From contig OZ038378.1 in assembly GCA_964036045.1 (NCBI GenBank), positions 39,680,001-39,744,000 of the forward strand: a stretch of 64,000 bases of DNA, given 5' to 3'. This document shows, piece by piece, positions 48,117 to 61,113 of the stretch (positions are counted from its first letter, which is position 1; every line of letters starts with the position of its first letter). Position numbers and translations under genes: made by a program. Origin of the DNA: Eutreptiella sp. 'Long Island Sound 2002'. Taxonomy: Eukaryota; Protista; Euglenida. Below the pieces are notes generated by a model that did not search any database, was not told the origin of the DNA, and worked only from the letters and a program-made list of their open reading frames with translations.

Positions 48117-50849
48117 TACTCCATAGCCGACCTAGAATACCCAAAGACCCAAATACCCCAAAAATTCTGATGTTGAAAACTGACATCCGGGGTCTCAGAG
48201 GGTCCGAAGTAGGCGCTCCGTTAGGGCCGCCTGATGTGTTTCCGTAGCTCCACTCAAGCTTGGGATTGGTTTCCGAAATTGGGCCGGTAATTCTCTGATC
48301 GCTTGCTTGCTTGTCGCATATGTCTCAATGCTGTCAAGCATGCGTTCCACCACGCAGCGATGGACCATAGCAGCCTACTTGCGGGTACTGTCTCACTATG
48401 GTTGGATGAGGTTCGAAAGATGGCAAAATAGCACGCAAAGAGGACTTGCGAGTCATCCGAGAGGCAGGCCTGTAGGACATGTGGGAGCCGGTGCATAGCG
48501 GGTCCTATCTTTCTCTCTCCTCGTCTACGTGCAAATGGAAACGCAAGACAAACAACCCGGACCCTTGGCGCATGTGACAGTGTCTATGCACCACATTCTA
48601 GGACGGATTGGGTCTCGCACACATGCACTATTTTCCCCGGTGCACACAACAAGGCACTACTTTTTGAAGGGAACCGCCATCAACATTGCAAAGGTGGTCT
48701 CGGATCCGGTTTCCGCGGAGGAGATGCTAGTGGATGCAGTGGCAACGCTGCAGTTGGAAGGGCGTAGTATGGCTATTGCCGTTGCTCATCCTAATGTGTG
48801 GTGGGGAAAGGCGGTGGTTTGGGTTTCGGAGGCAAGAAAGTAGTGGGCAACAAACAAGGTGACAAGGACATTTTGCTGGCCTTGTCCTTGTCTCTGCTCC
48901 GTTGCTCATGATCCCCGAACCCTTATCGTTGAACTTGGCTCCGTGCAACTTGAATGCTGCAAAAATCAAGGGTGCATGCTCATTGACAAAAACGTTTTTG
49001 TGTCTCGGGTGTGCTTTCCATGATGTGGGCAATTGTTATGCCCGCATCGACCGCACAATGCCAGAGAATAGACCAAGGTGGGCATCTAGTGAGGCCCAGG
49101 CAGTTGGAAAAATACATCGACTAAGAGGGCCCTAAAAACGTGCTAGAAACCCAATTGTGGTATAACAGTTACGTTTTAACGTTCTAATTGGAACCATTAG
49201 ACCACTTCATTTGTCCGCGTGTAAGACCCAAAGAGTGATCCCCCTTTTTTGTGGGGGAGGGGGGGAGTGGTTGACAGCCAAAAATAGTTTCTACGAGACC
49301 AAGTAGGACTTTTTCCAAAAAATATTTTTTTTGAATTTTTTGATTGCAAACTTTTCTTTGTTCTAGTGCTTTGGGGAGCACCGCGATTCGAGCATGGTTA
49401 GAACACTTTGATTAGAACATGATTGAAGCGCTTTTAGCGAACCCACACTACACAAAACATTTGATAATTATTGTCATTGATATGGGGTCACACGTGCTGT
49501 CACTTGTTCCCGGAAATGCCCGCTCACGGGTGCAACAAATGCCCCTAGGCTACCACCACTCCCTTGCCCGTGCCCCTGCACTTACGTAGTAGTCGGGCTT
49601 CAAATGTGTACCCGTGGACCGATGCTGCAGCTACTGCAAAGTAATGGGGCTGGAGACCCGCCGAAGGGCATTCTTGGGGGGCCGCATGTGAAGCCCCAAT
49701 GCCACCATGGCCTCGGGCGTGAGAACGCACCAAGAATATCGCGCCGCGGGAGCCTTACACGCCTGCTTTTGCACATTTGGACCGATGACCTTTCATGCCA
49801 CCAAAATTTGGGAGTTGGCCCGAGGGGACGAGTGCAGCAACCGCCCCAACAACTTAGATCCCCAACGCGATCGTTCCGCCGACTGCTCCCACCGCTCATC
49901 AAAAAGAGATGGGTGTTTCGGTCATCAACGGGAGAAGGCATGCAGAAACACCCTGAGGTCAGTGGACACAAGGTGTTGTGATGGTGTTGTAACACGTTAG
50001 AACAAAGAGGTGGTCTAAGGAAAGAGTGATCTCATTGTTCTAATTAGAACCACTTTCGAATAGACCATCATTGGAGTTGTAACAGATACCTAGGGGGTGA
50101 TGGGGTGGAAGGTGGTCCGTGGAGCTCAAGCAATTGATTCTGCTGTTGTCACCGTCAGCGTCATTGTCACTATCACTGCCACTGACCCCCCCCCCCCCTG
50201 ACAAAAAAAAGGTTGCTATGCACAACTTGTGAACTCCCATTTGGGGGGGCTATTTGCGCCGTGCGCTACTTTTCCAATGTGCTTACTCGTGAGGGAGCGG
50301 CATACAATTGACATAGCCGAGGAATTCCACGGGCCAGTTGAACGTTTGCAGGAGCTGCATGATCAAGCGGCACGCTTCACCAAGCACCACAAGGACTCCA
50401 TGGACATGCACCGTGAGCTTTGGGAATACACGCAGCAATTGAGGGAGCTGATGTCTATTTGGAGAGCTTGCGAGGGGTTTTCAAATCTTGTATATTCTCA
50501 TCAAGCATTGCCCCTGACGACTTCCTCATGTGCATCGTCCTTGGTGTGCACGTCCTTGTGTAGTCGGCCAATCGGTGGTAGACACCCTCCATCGCGCTTT
50601 TCTTCGCTGAAAAGCGAACCCAAGTTCTAATACGCCTCCGGATGAGACACATGCCGGAGACCAATGTCCTCCCAGTAATCCCAACGCGACTGCCCTAGCC
50701 GCATTGGAGAAATGGACCGTAGAAGCCCCTCCCAAGGGGAGCACGTAACACAGCGCGCGCGGGGCCCAGAGATTTGGCGGTCTAGAATGACCAAGGAGCT
50801 ACAACTTCTGCGCCGGAGGCCCCTTGTCTAGGGGTTTTGAGCCTAGTCC

Positions 50850-51180
50850 ATGATATTCTTGAGTTGGGCTACGGCACTAAGTTGTTCCATGAAACCATCC
50901 ATGCTTTGGGCGCCAGATGGTGCAAGACGAGGCACTCCATAAGTGTCTCTTGTTGCTCTTAGAAGAGCCCGCCCTCGAAGTGCAACCCCGGTATGAGGTA
51001 GCGGTCCATGCGGGGCGAAACAAGCCAATGGTCCACAATAGTGTCGGACATGGCACGCGTTTTAGTGGTGTACATCGCTTTCAAGAGTCCGGCTGTATTA
51101 GACACACCTCCCTGAATGCCCACTAAGGAGATACAACCCTTGCGTAGCACAGTTGTGCAAACATCCCTCGTGCCCTTCGA
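50850..51180 (-). mobile_element. Possible APE endonuclease C-terminal relic of a LINE
   Basis: TTKTRAMSDTIVDHWLVSP resembles the T...(S)xIDxxLVS motif of APE domains. Confidence 0.25.
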
Positions 51181-54100
51181 CACAGCACGAGCAAAACGGC
51201 ACACATTCATATGTCCCCTTTCATCAATACATGTGCACATGTGTGGGTGCCGTCGCAATATCCAAAACAATACAGTTGGCGGGCTACGCTGCATGCATAC
51301 AGTACCTTCATGGGGATGTCCACCACAGTTCAGTACCATTAAACGGGGGAACCTTCGGGAAATGGATGGAAAATGGGGGGAAATGGGCAAAAATGGAGGA
51401 TTCACAAACAAAATCCCCATGGAAGGTTACATAAAAACGTGTGATATGTGGGGAAAATGGGGGGGGGGGGGGTTGAGGAGGTGGGGAAAAAATGGGGGAA
51501 TATTGGAACAAAACACAAAACATGCATAGCAAGAACACATGTGCGGATCACAAACATGGTGGGCAAGTGATCCTTCATGCTCATGCACAATTGAATCACA
51601 TCAAAATCTGAATTGTGGGGTCACACATTACTCTGGTACAATGTCCATTCCGCACAGTCGAGAATTTTTGAGCACTTCTGTGGAGGAAAAATGAGAGGGA
51701 AATCTTTGATTTCCGAGGGCAAGGATGCGGTTTGCCTTGGACCACACACTTTGGCCTGCTTGGCTAGCTCTAAATGTTGGGACATATACTTCTAAACCTT
51801 TGCAACTCCTGCCTCAATGACTTGCAAGAGATTCTTCTTCGAAAGAAACAATGTCATACAAGGCTCGGCTTGTAGGTGCATGAGCGCTTCCTATTCAAAT
51901 GGTGGCCCGTTGGCTGGAGCAAGCTTTGGCGCGAGACAAACTGTTGCAAACATGAGTGCAAGCTTCGAACCTGGTTGTACACTCCATGCATGTCTGCCCT
52001 GAGTTTGGAATTGACCTCACAGTTGAAAGTGCTCGACACAACAACTTGCACCCACTCCATGAGTTCAAAAACCTCCGCGGCATGTTCAACAACAAACAAG
52101 GCTTGGAAGTATAGAGTGGTTCATACTAATGAAATTTTGCTGAAATGGAAAACATGAACGGGACCAAACACAGACAAATGGGGGAAAGTGCGGGAAAATG
52201 GGACCAAACATGGTAAAATGGGGAAGGTGAGGTGTTGCAACATTCACACGGCATAATGCAAAAAGCACAAACCACAATACAACGGTGCCTTGCAGCAGTG
52301 AAAAAATGAACAACGGAACACACACCGCCACTCACCGCGGGAAAAATGGGAATTTGTGCCACACACCGATACTCGCCACCACGGCGGCTAGTGCAGAGGA
52401 TTCGTCTCTGGTGCATAGCCTCGTTTGCTTCTCGAATGCAGACTAAACCACACTGTCCGTGCAATAAACATCGCACCCAGAGGCCGGTGCAGCAAGAGGT
52501 GGCAACAAATCCATCTGGTAACAATTCTGCCATAGCACCAAATGGAGCATTCATACACAATGAACATGCCATCAACCTAATACACCAAGACACAATGACA
52601 GGAAATGTTTCACCATTCCCAATGGACTAAAGGGGGCTGAAATATCTGTGATACATGGTGCAGATACAAAAGAACAAAACAACCCAACGCAATATGTATG
52701 TTGTGTAGTGGATTGCAACACATTGCAAAGCAAGGCAAACAATCCACACCCAAAGAGCATTGCTTGCTAAGGAGTCCCGGTCAATCTGCATGCTTGGCAA
52801 GAAGCAATAAGCACGCACGAAACAAAAAGATGGATACTTCAATCTTGCATTTGTCAAATGTTTGACATGACCATTTGCTTTTAGGAACACACCTCCGAGA
52901 CTTATTTGGAAAAGAATCCGCATTGCACCCCTTGGTCCGCAAATGAACATCGTCAGTTGCATGTCATATTTATCAATTCAGATTTACGGCTCTCCTTAGC
53001 CCGGCAACTTCCCACCCCCAAAACCTTGCCTCAAGATGTCGCTAGGACGAGTTGTTCGGGAGGACAAAATTCAAACCTTTGGCGTTGTGCTATTGGATGA
53101 CGGCCTCATATGGGCCATGCCATGCCTAGTGATTGCTGGCAATGTTTGCGAGAGGAAAGAAGACAATTGGACGGTGCAATGTGCAGCACATAGGCCTCAC
53201 AGGTGTTCTGCCGCCTCTCCATGGTGGAGATCTTGAATTGCGTTTGACTTCATGGGCTAGCAGGTAGTTTGGGGCGAACTTTCCTACCTTGCACCGGGCT
53301 TAGGCTCACTCATCTGAAGAGCGCCATAAGAGTGCTACAGTGATAGCTCTACATGGTACCGAGTGGGATTTGAGAGGACAACACAACGACCGACACACTT
53401 GGTGCCAACCACATGACCAGGCCAAGAGAAGTGGTGACCGGGCGCAATGTTTGATAAAGCCACATGAGTTGTCATTCCCCCTTATCCCAATTGTCCATCT
53501 CCGCCAAGCCTATACTTTGCTTAGCAATATGAGGCGCCCTTGGAAAAAACCAGCAACTTGTCAAGGCATACTTTGTGGGCCCCAACTACTTGGCAGAGGG
53601 CATGAAGGTTCTTTCCCACCAATTAGCCACCTAGCAGCTAACTATGACTTTCTTCCATAGGGTCCGTTGAGCCAAAACTCCATCATTGGGGGGAAGGAGC
53701 AATGTGTTCCATACATACCAAACTTCCAAGCATTGGCGGGTTGCCTCTGGCACTGTTGGCAAAAGGCAGCAAAGCATGGTGCACTTGCTCCCTGTTTCCC
53801 AGAAGATGGGTCTCGGGTTCTGTGGTGTTCTAGGGTGGGCTTCTGAGACTGTGTATAGCTAGCGAGTTGTGTGCTGTACACCAGTGCTCACAAGCGGGAG
53901 GTTTAGGGTAGAGGTAGGGGCCCTTCCAAGTAGCTGACTTTGAGCAAACCTCTTCGCATCTTCCTTGGGGGGGTAATGCAAATTTGCAATGTGGTCCGCG
54001 AAGAGAGCCGAATGCCATGCCGGCATGTTGCCGAGCATGCACGCGCCCACACAACCACCACTGCTTGTATGCGAAGGAGGGAGAATGGTTGGAAAGAGGT

Positions 54101-55559
54101 GCCGAGGAACGGATAGGACTCCCATGGTATGGACCCTGAGCGGAGCAATGGAAGATAAATGAGATTTAGGGAGATACCGAGTGACGGAGCCCAAGCCTAG
54201 AAGAGTGATTCAAACATGCTAGCACAGATTGGGGCTCTTTTTGAGTTGCTATGAATGCCACGGCATGTTGCAATAGTGGATTGTTTCTTACTGTGGCGGC
54301 TCATGTGCCCCTTTTTTCAATTTGTAGCTCCAAAATGGGCAGCGTGGGCTCCGAACCGGTGAGTTTCGGTGCCACATGGTATGCATTGGTCATATCATCG
54401 TGTCTGTCGGGAAGTAAACCCTGGCTAGAAGAGTGAAAAGGGGGTGCACCGATTCTTGGAATTGTGCCACATGCTCCTTAAGTGTGAGGTGTGGTTGGCT
54501 CATGAATGACGTACACTGCACGCGGGATGAGGGCTACTAGGTCTTGTAACTGGAGACATTTCCATCGAGGATGCTCAAGCATTTACCCTTGTGCCATACC
54601 TTTACTCCGATTGACACCACGGCACAAAGGGTGTTCAAAGGACCACATTCCCTTGGTGAGGAATATAGATTTGAAGTCGTTGATTTGCAGCGCCACAAAG
54701 ATACGATCGCACGGTATTTCCTAAAAAAAAAGGGCTCGGGACTCCACACACCATGCACTAAAAAAAAGAGGATGTACAACAACACATTGTCTGCATGGAA
54801 AATGACATGTCGATGAGGGGATATTTGCTGGAGTACCATGACAAGCATACATCAGCCCAAAACAAACGCCGATGGGTGCAATGAGTCCCGTTGCTTTGAC
54901 CAAAAACAACGATGATGGGGGCAGCGAGTCCCCTTGCTCTGATAGCTGCTGAACAACAAACTATGTGGTTACATTCACATTGCACAAAACACCTTGTCTC
55001 ATGGGGAATAGAAACACGGCCATGACCATATTCCTTAAAAGTAAGATCATTTGTGGCGGGAGAGCTTTGTGCATGAAGAAGGCAATGAAGTAGTTGTGGT
55101 AAACTACATCACTTTTTACGCTTTTTGAAAATTGATGGTCATTACCAACCCCTCTGACATTGTTTGCCATGCCCCCTTGACGTCCCAAATGTTGTCGAAA
55201 ATAAAGCGGCCTTGCATAAACGCTTTGTGCTCATGGGGCGTTACAAATGGACCGCATCCTTCACGATAGTGGCGGATACCCACTTGAAAAGCAGGTTTTG
55301 CAGGCAAATGGGCCTGAGGACTTTTATGGAAATGGACCACCAGTCTTTGGGGATGGGACTCAAAATTGCCAAGGCCTAGTGGGTGGGGATAGTACCTTGC
55401 TGTGGATCAAAGCAGGCGAACATTGCCAAGATCACTTCTGGCAGTCAGCTGGCCCGCAATGGACGGTGGAGGTGGGGGGGTTGTCTCCGCAGCTTCGCCG
55501 TCCCCCAGGTTGCGTGTTAGGCTGGGGGGTGGGGAATGCACCACTAACTCCCCTACTTA

Positions 55560-55990
55560 CACCCCCACACCAAGTGTGAGATACGCGCCCCAGTGTTTGT
55601 GCAGCAGTGGGGGTCATGTGTAGCCTCACCCCTGCCTTCTCGGGGGCCAACAAGAGGGCAAAATTGCTATGTCTCCCTTGCATTCTCAAGGGTCCCCAAC
55701 AAAGGAGACAAAATCAGAAGTGGCTGCCTCACCCCTGCCGAATGCGGTGGTCATGTAGCACTTCCAGCCACTTGTGGCCCCCCGAGAAGGCAGGGGTGAG
55801 GCAGCGATTCTGATTTTGTCCCCTTTGTTGGGGAACCTTGAGAATGCAGGGGTACGTAGCAATTCTGCCCTCTTTTTGGGCCCTGAAAGGGTAGGGGAGA
55901 GGCAGCCACTTCTGATTTTGTCTCCTTTGTTGGGTACCCCCGAGAATGCAGGGGTTACGAAGCAATGCCGCCTCTTTTTCAGCAGTAGTG
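55560..55990. repeat. ~120-bp unit repeat arranged as a foldback
   Basis: Unit CCTCACCCCTGCCTTCTCGGGGGCC...CCCCAACAAAGG.GACAAAATCAGAA is forward at 55622-55738 and reverse at 55775-55965. Confidence 0.85.
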
Positions 55991-56110
55991 GGAGAACACA
56001 ATACAACTTTGTCCCAAAATTGATGCAAACTGAAGGGGCCTGACGTGGCGGCCAAACAGTTGCACAATTTGTGCACCACATGTGCACTGCCTAAAGGCAC
56101 CCCCTATCAG

Positions 56111-56674
56111 TCAGTCAAGTCCAACTGCCTTTGCCGAGCTCGTGCATTGGAGGGCTCTGGGGCGATTGGGCTCATGAAACAAGAGGTGATACACCGCAGA
56201 TGAAATGGATCTGAGCAGCCAAATGCCGCGCCACAGCTGGGGCATTGACATAGGGGCCTCATACATAGTTTGGGGCTGAAAAGGGGTGGCAAAAGCTGAA
56301 GGATAGCAAAGGGGATGGAGGGGACTAGGGTAGGCCCGCCTGGGGGCAATGAAGGGAGGTGCAACTGCAGCCTGCGCTTGCAAGAGGTGGGGGGGGGCAG
56401 GCCACAAGGGGTGCAACACAGGATGAGAGGAGCGTACCGCAGAGTCAGGTCTCTTCTTGGGCACTTGTTGATGCAACAGGTACAGGGGAATGTCTCCGCC
56501 CACAACCACTGGATTATCTGACGTCAAGCGCCAGTGCACATGGGACGCCAGCTCAGCAGTGCGCTTCTTATGCTTCTCATGCTGCTCCAGCCGAAGCTCC
56601 TCTTCGTCCTCGAGGCGGTCACGATTCCGGGGATCTTTCCAGAAATATGGATTGTACATTTGGGGCTGTCCCAC
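56111..56674 (-). CDS. Hypothetical 187-aa protein (charged helix, then Pro/Gln-rich)
   Basis: Open frame with protein-like composition (RDRLEDEEELRLEQHEKHKKR). GTG start; no family recognised. Confidence 0.3.
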   Translation of the reverse strand: MGQPQMYNPYFWKDPRNRDRLEDEEELRLEQHEKHKKRTAELASHVHWRLTSDNPVVVGGDIPLYLLHQQVPKKRPDSAVRSSHPVLHPLWPAPPHLLQAQAAVAPPFIAPRRAYPSPLHPLCYPSAFATPFQPQTMYEAPMSMPQLWRGIWLLRSISSAVYHLLFHEPNRPRALQCTSSAKAVGLD

Positions 56675-58841
56675 GATCCTGACAATGGCTGAAGACCACT
56701 GCAGAGGCGAACCACACCCGCTTCACGCTCCACGGTCAGATCGCATGCCCCGGCTCCATGCACCTCTTCACATGTCTGTCATGCAAACAAGGGCTGAGGG
56801 ACCAACATTGAATGGGTCAGTGTCAGAGAAGCTGTCTGAAAGTCTTCTCAAAGTCAAATGATGCCGAGTACTTGTGAACACAAATATGTGTGTTTACATT
56901 TACATGCCAACCATTGTTGCAGACCACATGCAATGCGCCTCGACAGGGGATAGGCACGCATTCAGAAGGGGAAAACATAGAGGCAAAGTAAGGATCAGCT
57001 AGGGGGGGAAATGGGGACAGAAGGAAAAAAGGCCCTTTGTTGGAGACAACATTTTGCTAGAGGCAACCCTCACCACTAGTCTGCACTGGAGCACTTCACT
57101 TGGCTTTGGAACCGCACCTTTTGGCAGATGGAAATTGGGCAGCAAGCTGTGCTGTGGCATGTATGCAAGGACAAGAGATTGGGATTGTTTTGTTGTTGTT
57201 GGGGCGGGGGGGGGGCTACCAGCACGCTGTGTTTGACACTGCAGGCGAGCAGTTTCCCCATCACCTTCTGGATACAGGCATGGCTATGTGATGCTCTGTG
57301 CTGGGCTCTGCACTCCTTGCAAAATGCGGCCCCAAGAGGCGGCTTCACACACATGCCCATCTGGAGCAGACATCCCTTTGCACTGGAGGGTAGATGCAAA
57401 ACATTCAGGCAGGAGGTGTGGAGTCTGCTACTTAAGGCGTTATTTGTGGCGACTGGTCAGCGAGGCGTCTCCCCACAGCAAGTTCTGCAAACAGATCATT
57501 TTGCGGAAACACCACAACGAACAAACGAAAGGCTGCAGATGAGCCCTGTCTTGGGGCAACAATTTCTGAAATATGTTTTTACAATCCGTTTGCTCTGATC
57601 ACTCTCAGACAGACTTGCCCTCCCATTTGTGGCATACGACTGATTATGGCCCAGGGGGCTTTGCCAAGTGGGACTGAGGGTTTCATTGGTACTTGACCAG
57701 GCGCATCCCGACATTTGTGCCTTGTATGTGCTAAACTGCCAGCCCAACAACAAGGTCGCAAACATTTAGCATGGAACACTCCAATCTGACAATTGGTCAA
57801 TGTGGCTGCTGAAAGGCGAACACAGAGTCGTTCAACTCGGCACAATGAGCGCTTTCGACCCAAGAGTGCCAGAGGCAACCCTCCCCACTGGTTTGCACTG
57901 CAGCACTTCAGTGCCTCCAGGAACTGCACCTTGCAATGCATGCAAAAAACAGGGGCTTGGGCAGGAGGTATGGGGGTGCGCAACATAAGGCCCAATTTGT
58001 CGCAACTGCCAGTGAGCGACCCCCCGTATGGTGACGTGTGACCTGTCACGTGTGTGTTGTTTGAGACGATGTCAGCACAACATGCAGCACCTGAGTCCTC
58101 CCTGGTGCCGCAAACTCCGCCAACAAGCCAGTTAGCAGAAGTGCTGCAACAAACAAACGAAGTGTGCTGCAACTTAGCCTTGTCTTGGCACAAAGTCCTC
58201 TTGAAATGTGCATGGAACACTTGTTCTATGTGGATCTATGTGTACCAAAGCTCAAGCCAAAGGGGTTGCTGCCTATGGTCGCAGTAGATTCTATGTGTAC
58301 TTTGGACTTGTGTTCAGCCTGCAGGGTTATTGGCATTTTCATGTCTTCACGCACTCCCGTCGTTGCATTTGCCCTTGTGGCTACGATGCGCTACATAGTA
58401 TGGCAGAAACCAAGAACAGGGCTGAACTTAAGGGAAAAAAACCATCGCAACGCCAAGAGAAACGAACGTTCACGGGGATGTGCTCTGCTTCATGGTCACG
58501 GGACATGGGACAACCCAAGGAGAGCCTCGTTGTCAATGGATCACCATCCACATGCTTATCGCTGGCTTCACTCTCCTGCGGTTGCACCATATTTGCAAGG
58601 CGTATGACAATTTCGAGAGAAGAAAGAGAAAGACAATTGCAGATTTCGACACTACCCTGCACAAAATACGTGCTTAATCCACCGTTCTTACACATTCGAG
58701 TGCCAATCCAAATTGCCCGTTGCTAATAAACTTCATTGTTGGCAAGAAATACTACAATAAATCTCGGAATTCCACCATGCTCTCTTTTTGCACACGGTCC
58801 CCCCCGCCTCCCCTTCCTAAGTTCACATACGCGGGGACTAG

Positions 58842-59556
58842 GTACAGGGGGGGGGGGGGGTTCGCGCACCGTGATCCGTGATCCGGTCCAATTTTTGGGG
58901 GGGAAGGGTTTTACACCACCCCAATCCAGCCCGATCCATTTTTGATGGCACGCACAGGAGTCCAATCCACTTCGATTCATTTTGGATGTTGCCAAAGTTA
59001 TCACGAGTGCGATCCACTTCGATTCATTTTGGATGTTGCCAAAGTTATGTGCATGTTGTATGAACAATAGCAATTACCAATTGCAGGAATAACTCAAAAT
59101 TTTCAAGAATCCAGTTTGTTTGTGTGCTTTATTGTAACATCTCAACTTCATGCTTTTTGCATCGCATTATTGTGCCTCAAGAATTTTAGGACACTTTGTT
59201 GTGCATCAAACTTCCATTGTGGTGAACAATTGTTTCTTGGGTGAAGAACTTGCTTCATTATTATGTAGAAAGCAGGGTTTTCCTGGTTAGCCCAAGTCAA
59301 CATAATCATCAAAGACCTCCGTTTTCTTTGCTTTGTGCCTGTCTCATGCATATGCATGCCCATTGTGGCACCACATTTAAGACTTGATCGAACACTTGGT
59401 GATGTTGGGGTTCCCCAAGCAGTAACGGCGGCACGCCGGAGGGCACTAGGCGATGCGATCTGTCACGGATCGGGGTTGGGGAACCCCCCCCCCCCATCCT
59501 CCATCGTTTGATGCGGATCATGGATCGGGGTCGGAGGTGAACCCCCCCCTCCTACC
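58842..59556. mobile_element. MITE-like element with ~55-bp imperfect terminal inverted repeats and an internal 37-bp duplication
   Basis: Left arm GGTACAG(G)nTTCGCGCACCGTGATCCGTGATCCG matches in reverse the right arm CGGATCATGGATC...GAAC(C)nTCCTACC. ATCCACTTCGATTCATTTTGGATGTTGCCAAAGTTAT occurs at 58965 and 59012. Confidence 0.45.
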
Positions 59557-60780
59557 CTCCAAAATGGATCAAACCCCCAAAAAACCTCCGAAAAGCCGCA
59601 GCGCGCCGCACATACTGTACCAGTACCACCAATAGCCCCAATATCACCAAGTTTTAAACCAACCTTCAAATGTAGAGCCACAATGGGCATCCACATGCAA
59701 GAGGTGGGCACACAACAAAGCAAACCGAGATGATTGACGATTCCAAATTGGGCTAACCACGAAAAACCTTGCTGCTTGCGTGGGAAAAAATTGGGCCCCA
59801 CTGTATATACGCTGTACATTTTAGTTTTGATGGTATTGCTTGTCTTGGCAAGGGACGGGAATGGGCTTAGAGCGAGGCATTCGCCGAATCCAAGTTGAAT
59901 GAGGAAGGGTACGGATGGGAATAGGGTTAGAACGAGGCATTGTGGAATTGTGTTAGGGTTAGGTTGCCAAGGGTTGGGATTGCCACATTACTCAAAAAAT
60001 TGTCCCATGGGGGGGGTGGGGTTCCTGAAAAGACCGATCTTAGCTTACTACTCAACACAACAATGTGGCAGACTAGTATGCTAGTAGTGCACGATAATCA
60101 TCCCCATGCAGCACTAACATATGTCCCTGAAAATGGTAAGCCAAATGGTCGGCCAAATATGTGTGCCCATGTGCCGGAAAATAGTGCTACACAAGCGTTG
60201 TGTCACCGCAAGCCCCAGGGCACACTTGACACTTAGCAACGTAAGTGGCGTATTTCGGCTCCTTCCAATGACGACCAGCGCGGCAAACAACCGGGAAAGT
60301 GTCTACACCCCCAATGATAAATTCCAAAAAGTGGGGAACATGGTCCGAAGGATGTTCAAACTGCAATGTATGAATCTCTAGCATGTGCCGGTGCAAGTGT
60401 TGGATGCAAAGACGGACTTTGTGGTGCATAGTCCTATTGCCAGTACGACCAATCTCATGATGTGGTGCCAAATTGTCAAATTGCCCTTGCTTTGGGTATT
60501 GCTTCAAAAGGGCGCAAGCAACTCGCAAATGGCTCCGCCTGTCGGAGCAAACCATCCAGGAATGTACTTCAATATGGTGAGCATAACCTGGCATACCAGG
60601 AATACCTGGTGGTATACGGGTTAAAAGGGGGGCTTAGGGAGAAAGGGGTATGTGGCATGTACAGGTGGCTACTAATGTACAATGCACAATGCATGCATAG
60701 GTGAGTTGGGGAATACCTCTAGTTTGCCAATTATGAGGATCAAAGTTGTGTTTGAAACTACCCCATTTTGGGCTCTTGGG

Positions 60781-60880
60781 GTATACGGCCGTATACTCAA
60801 GGCTCCAATACCTCAGTATACGGCCGTGTACTCTAGAGTATACGGCCGTATACTTAGAGTATGAGTATACGGCCGTATAC
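60781..60880. repeat. Array of 4 copies of the 16-bp palindrome GTATACGGCCGTATAC
   Basis: Copies at 60781, 60816 (one mismatch), 60838 and 60865, with spacers of 6-19 nt. Confidence 0.95.
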
Positions 60881-61113
60881 TGGGAGTATTTGTTTGCACC
60901 ATGTGGTGGTTTCAACTTGAAAATTTCCATTGTTGTGCCTTTTGTGCCCATCTTCTTGCATGCTTTGCCTTTGCCAAACAATTGCACACCATGCACTTGA
61001 AACCAATCTAGGCTCATACTTTACTCATGATTGCAATGTATGTCTCCATATGTGTCCATTTCAATCCATATTATGTTCCTTCTTGCTCTCATAGGCCCCC
61101 TTTTTTTGGCACC

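Noticed and set aside
49604-49981. RT-like motif LLLHIWTDDL
   Set aside because: Isolated; no flanking RT motifs could be found.
59915-59985. Interstitial telomere (TTAGGG)
   Set aside because: Only one to two exact units, compatible with chance in G-rich repeats.
60187-60594. APE endonuclease relic (HPSDHVP)
   Set aside because: A single short motif with no supporting GDFN or QET motifs.
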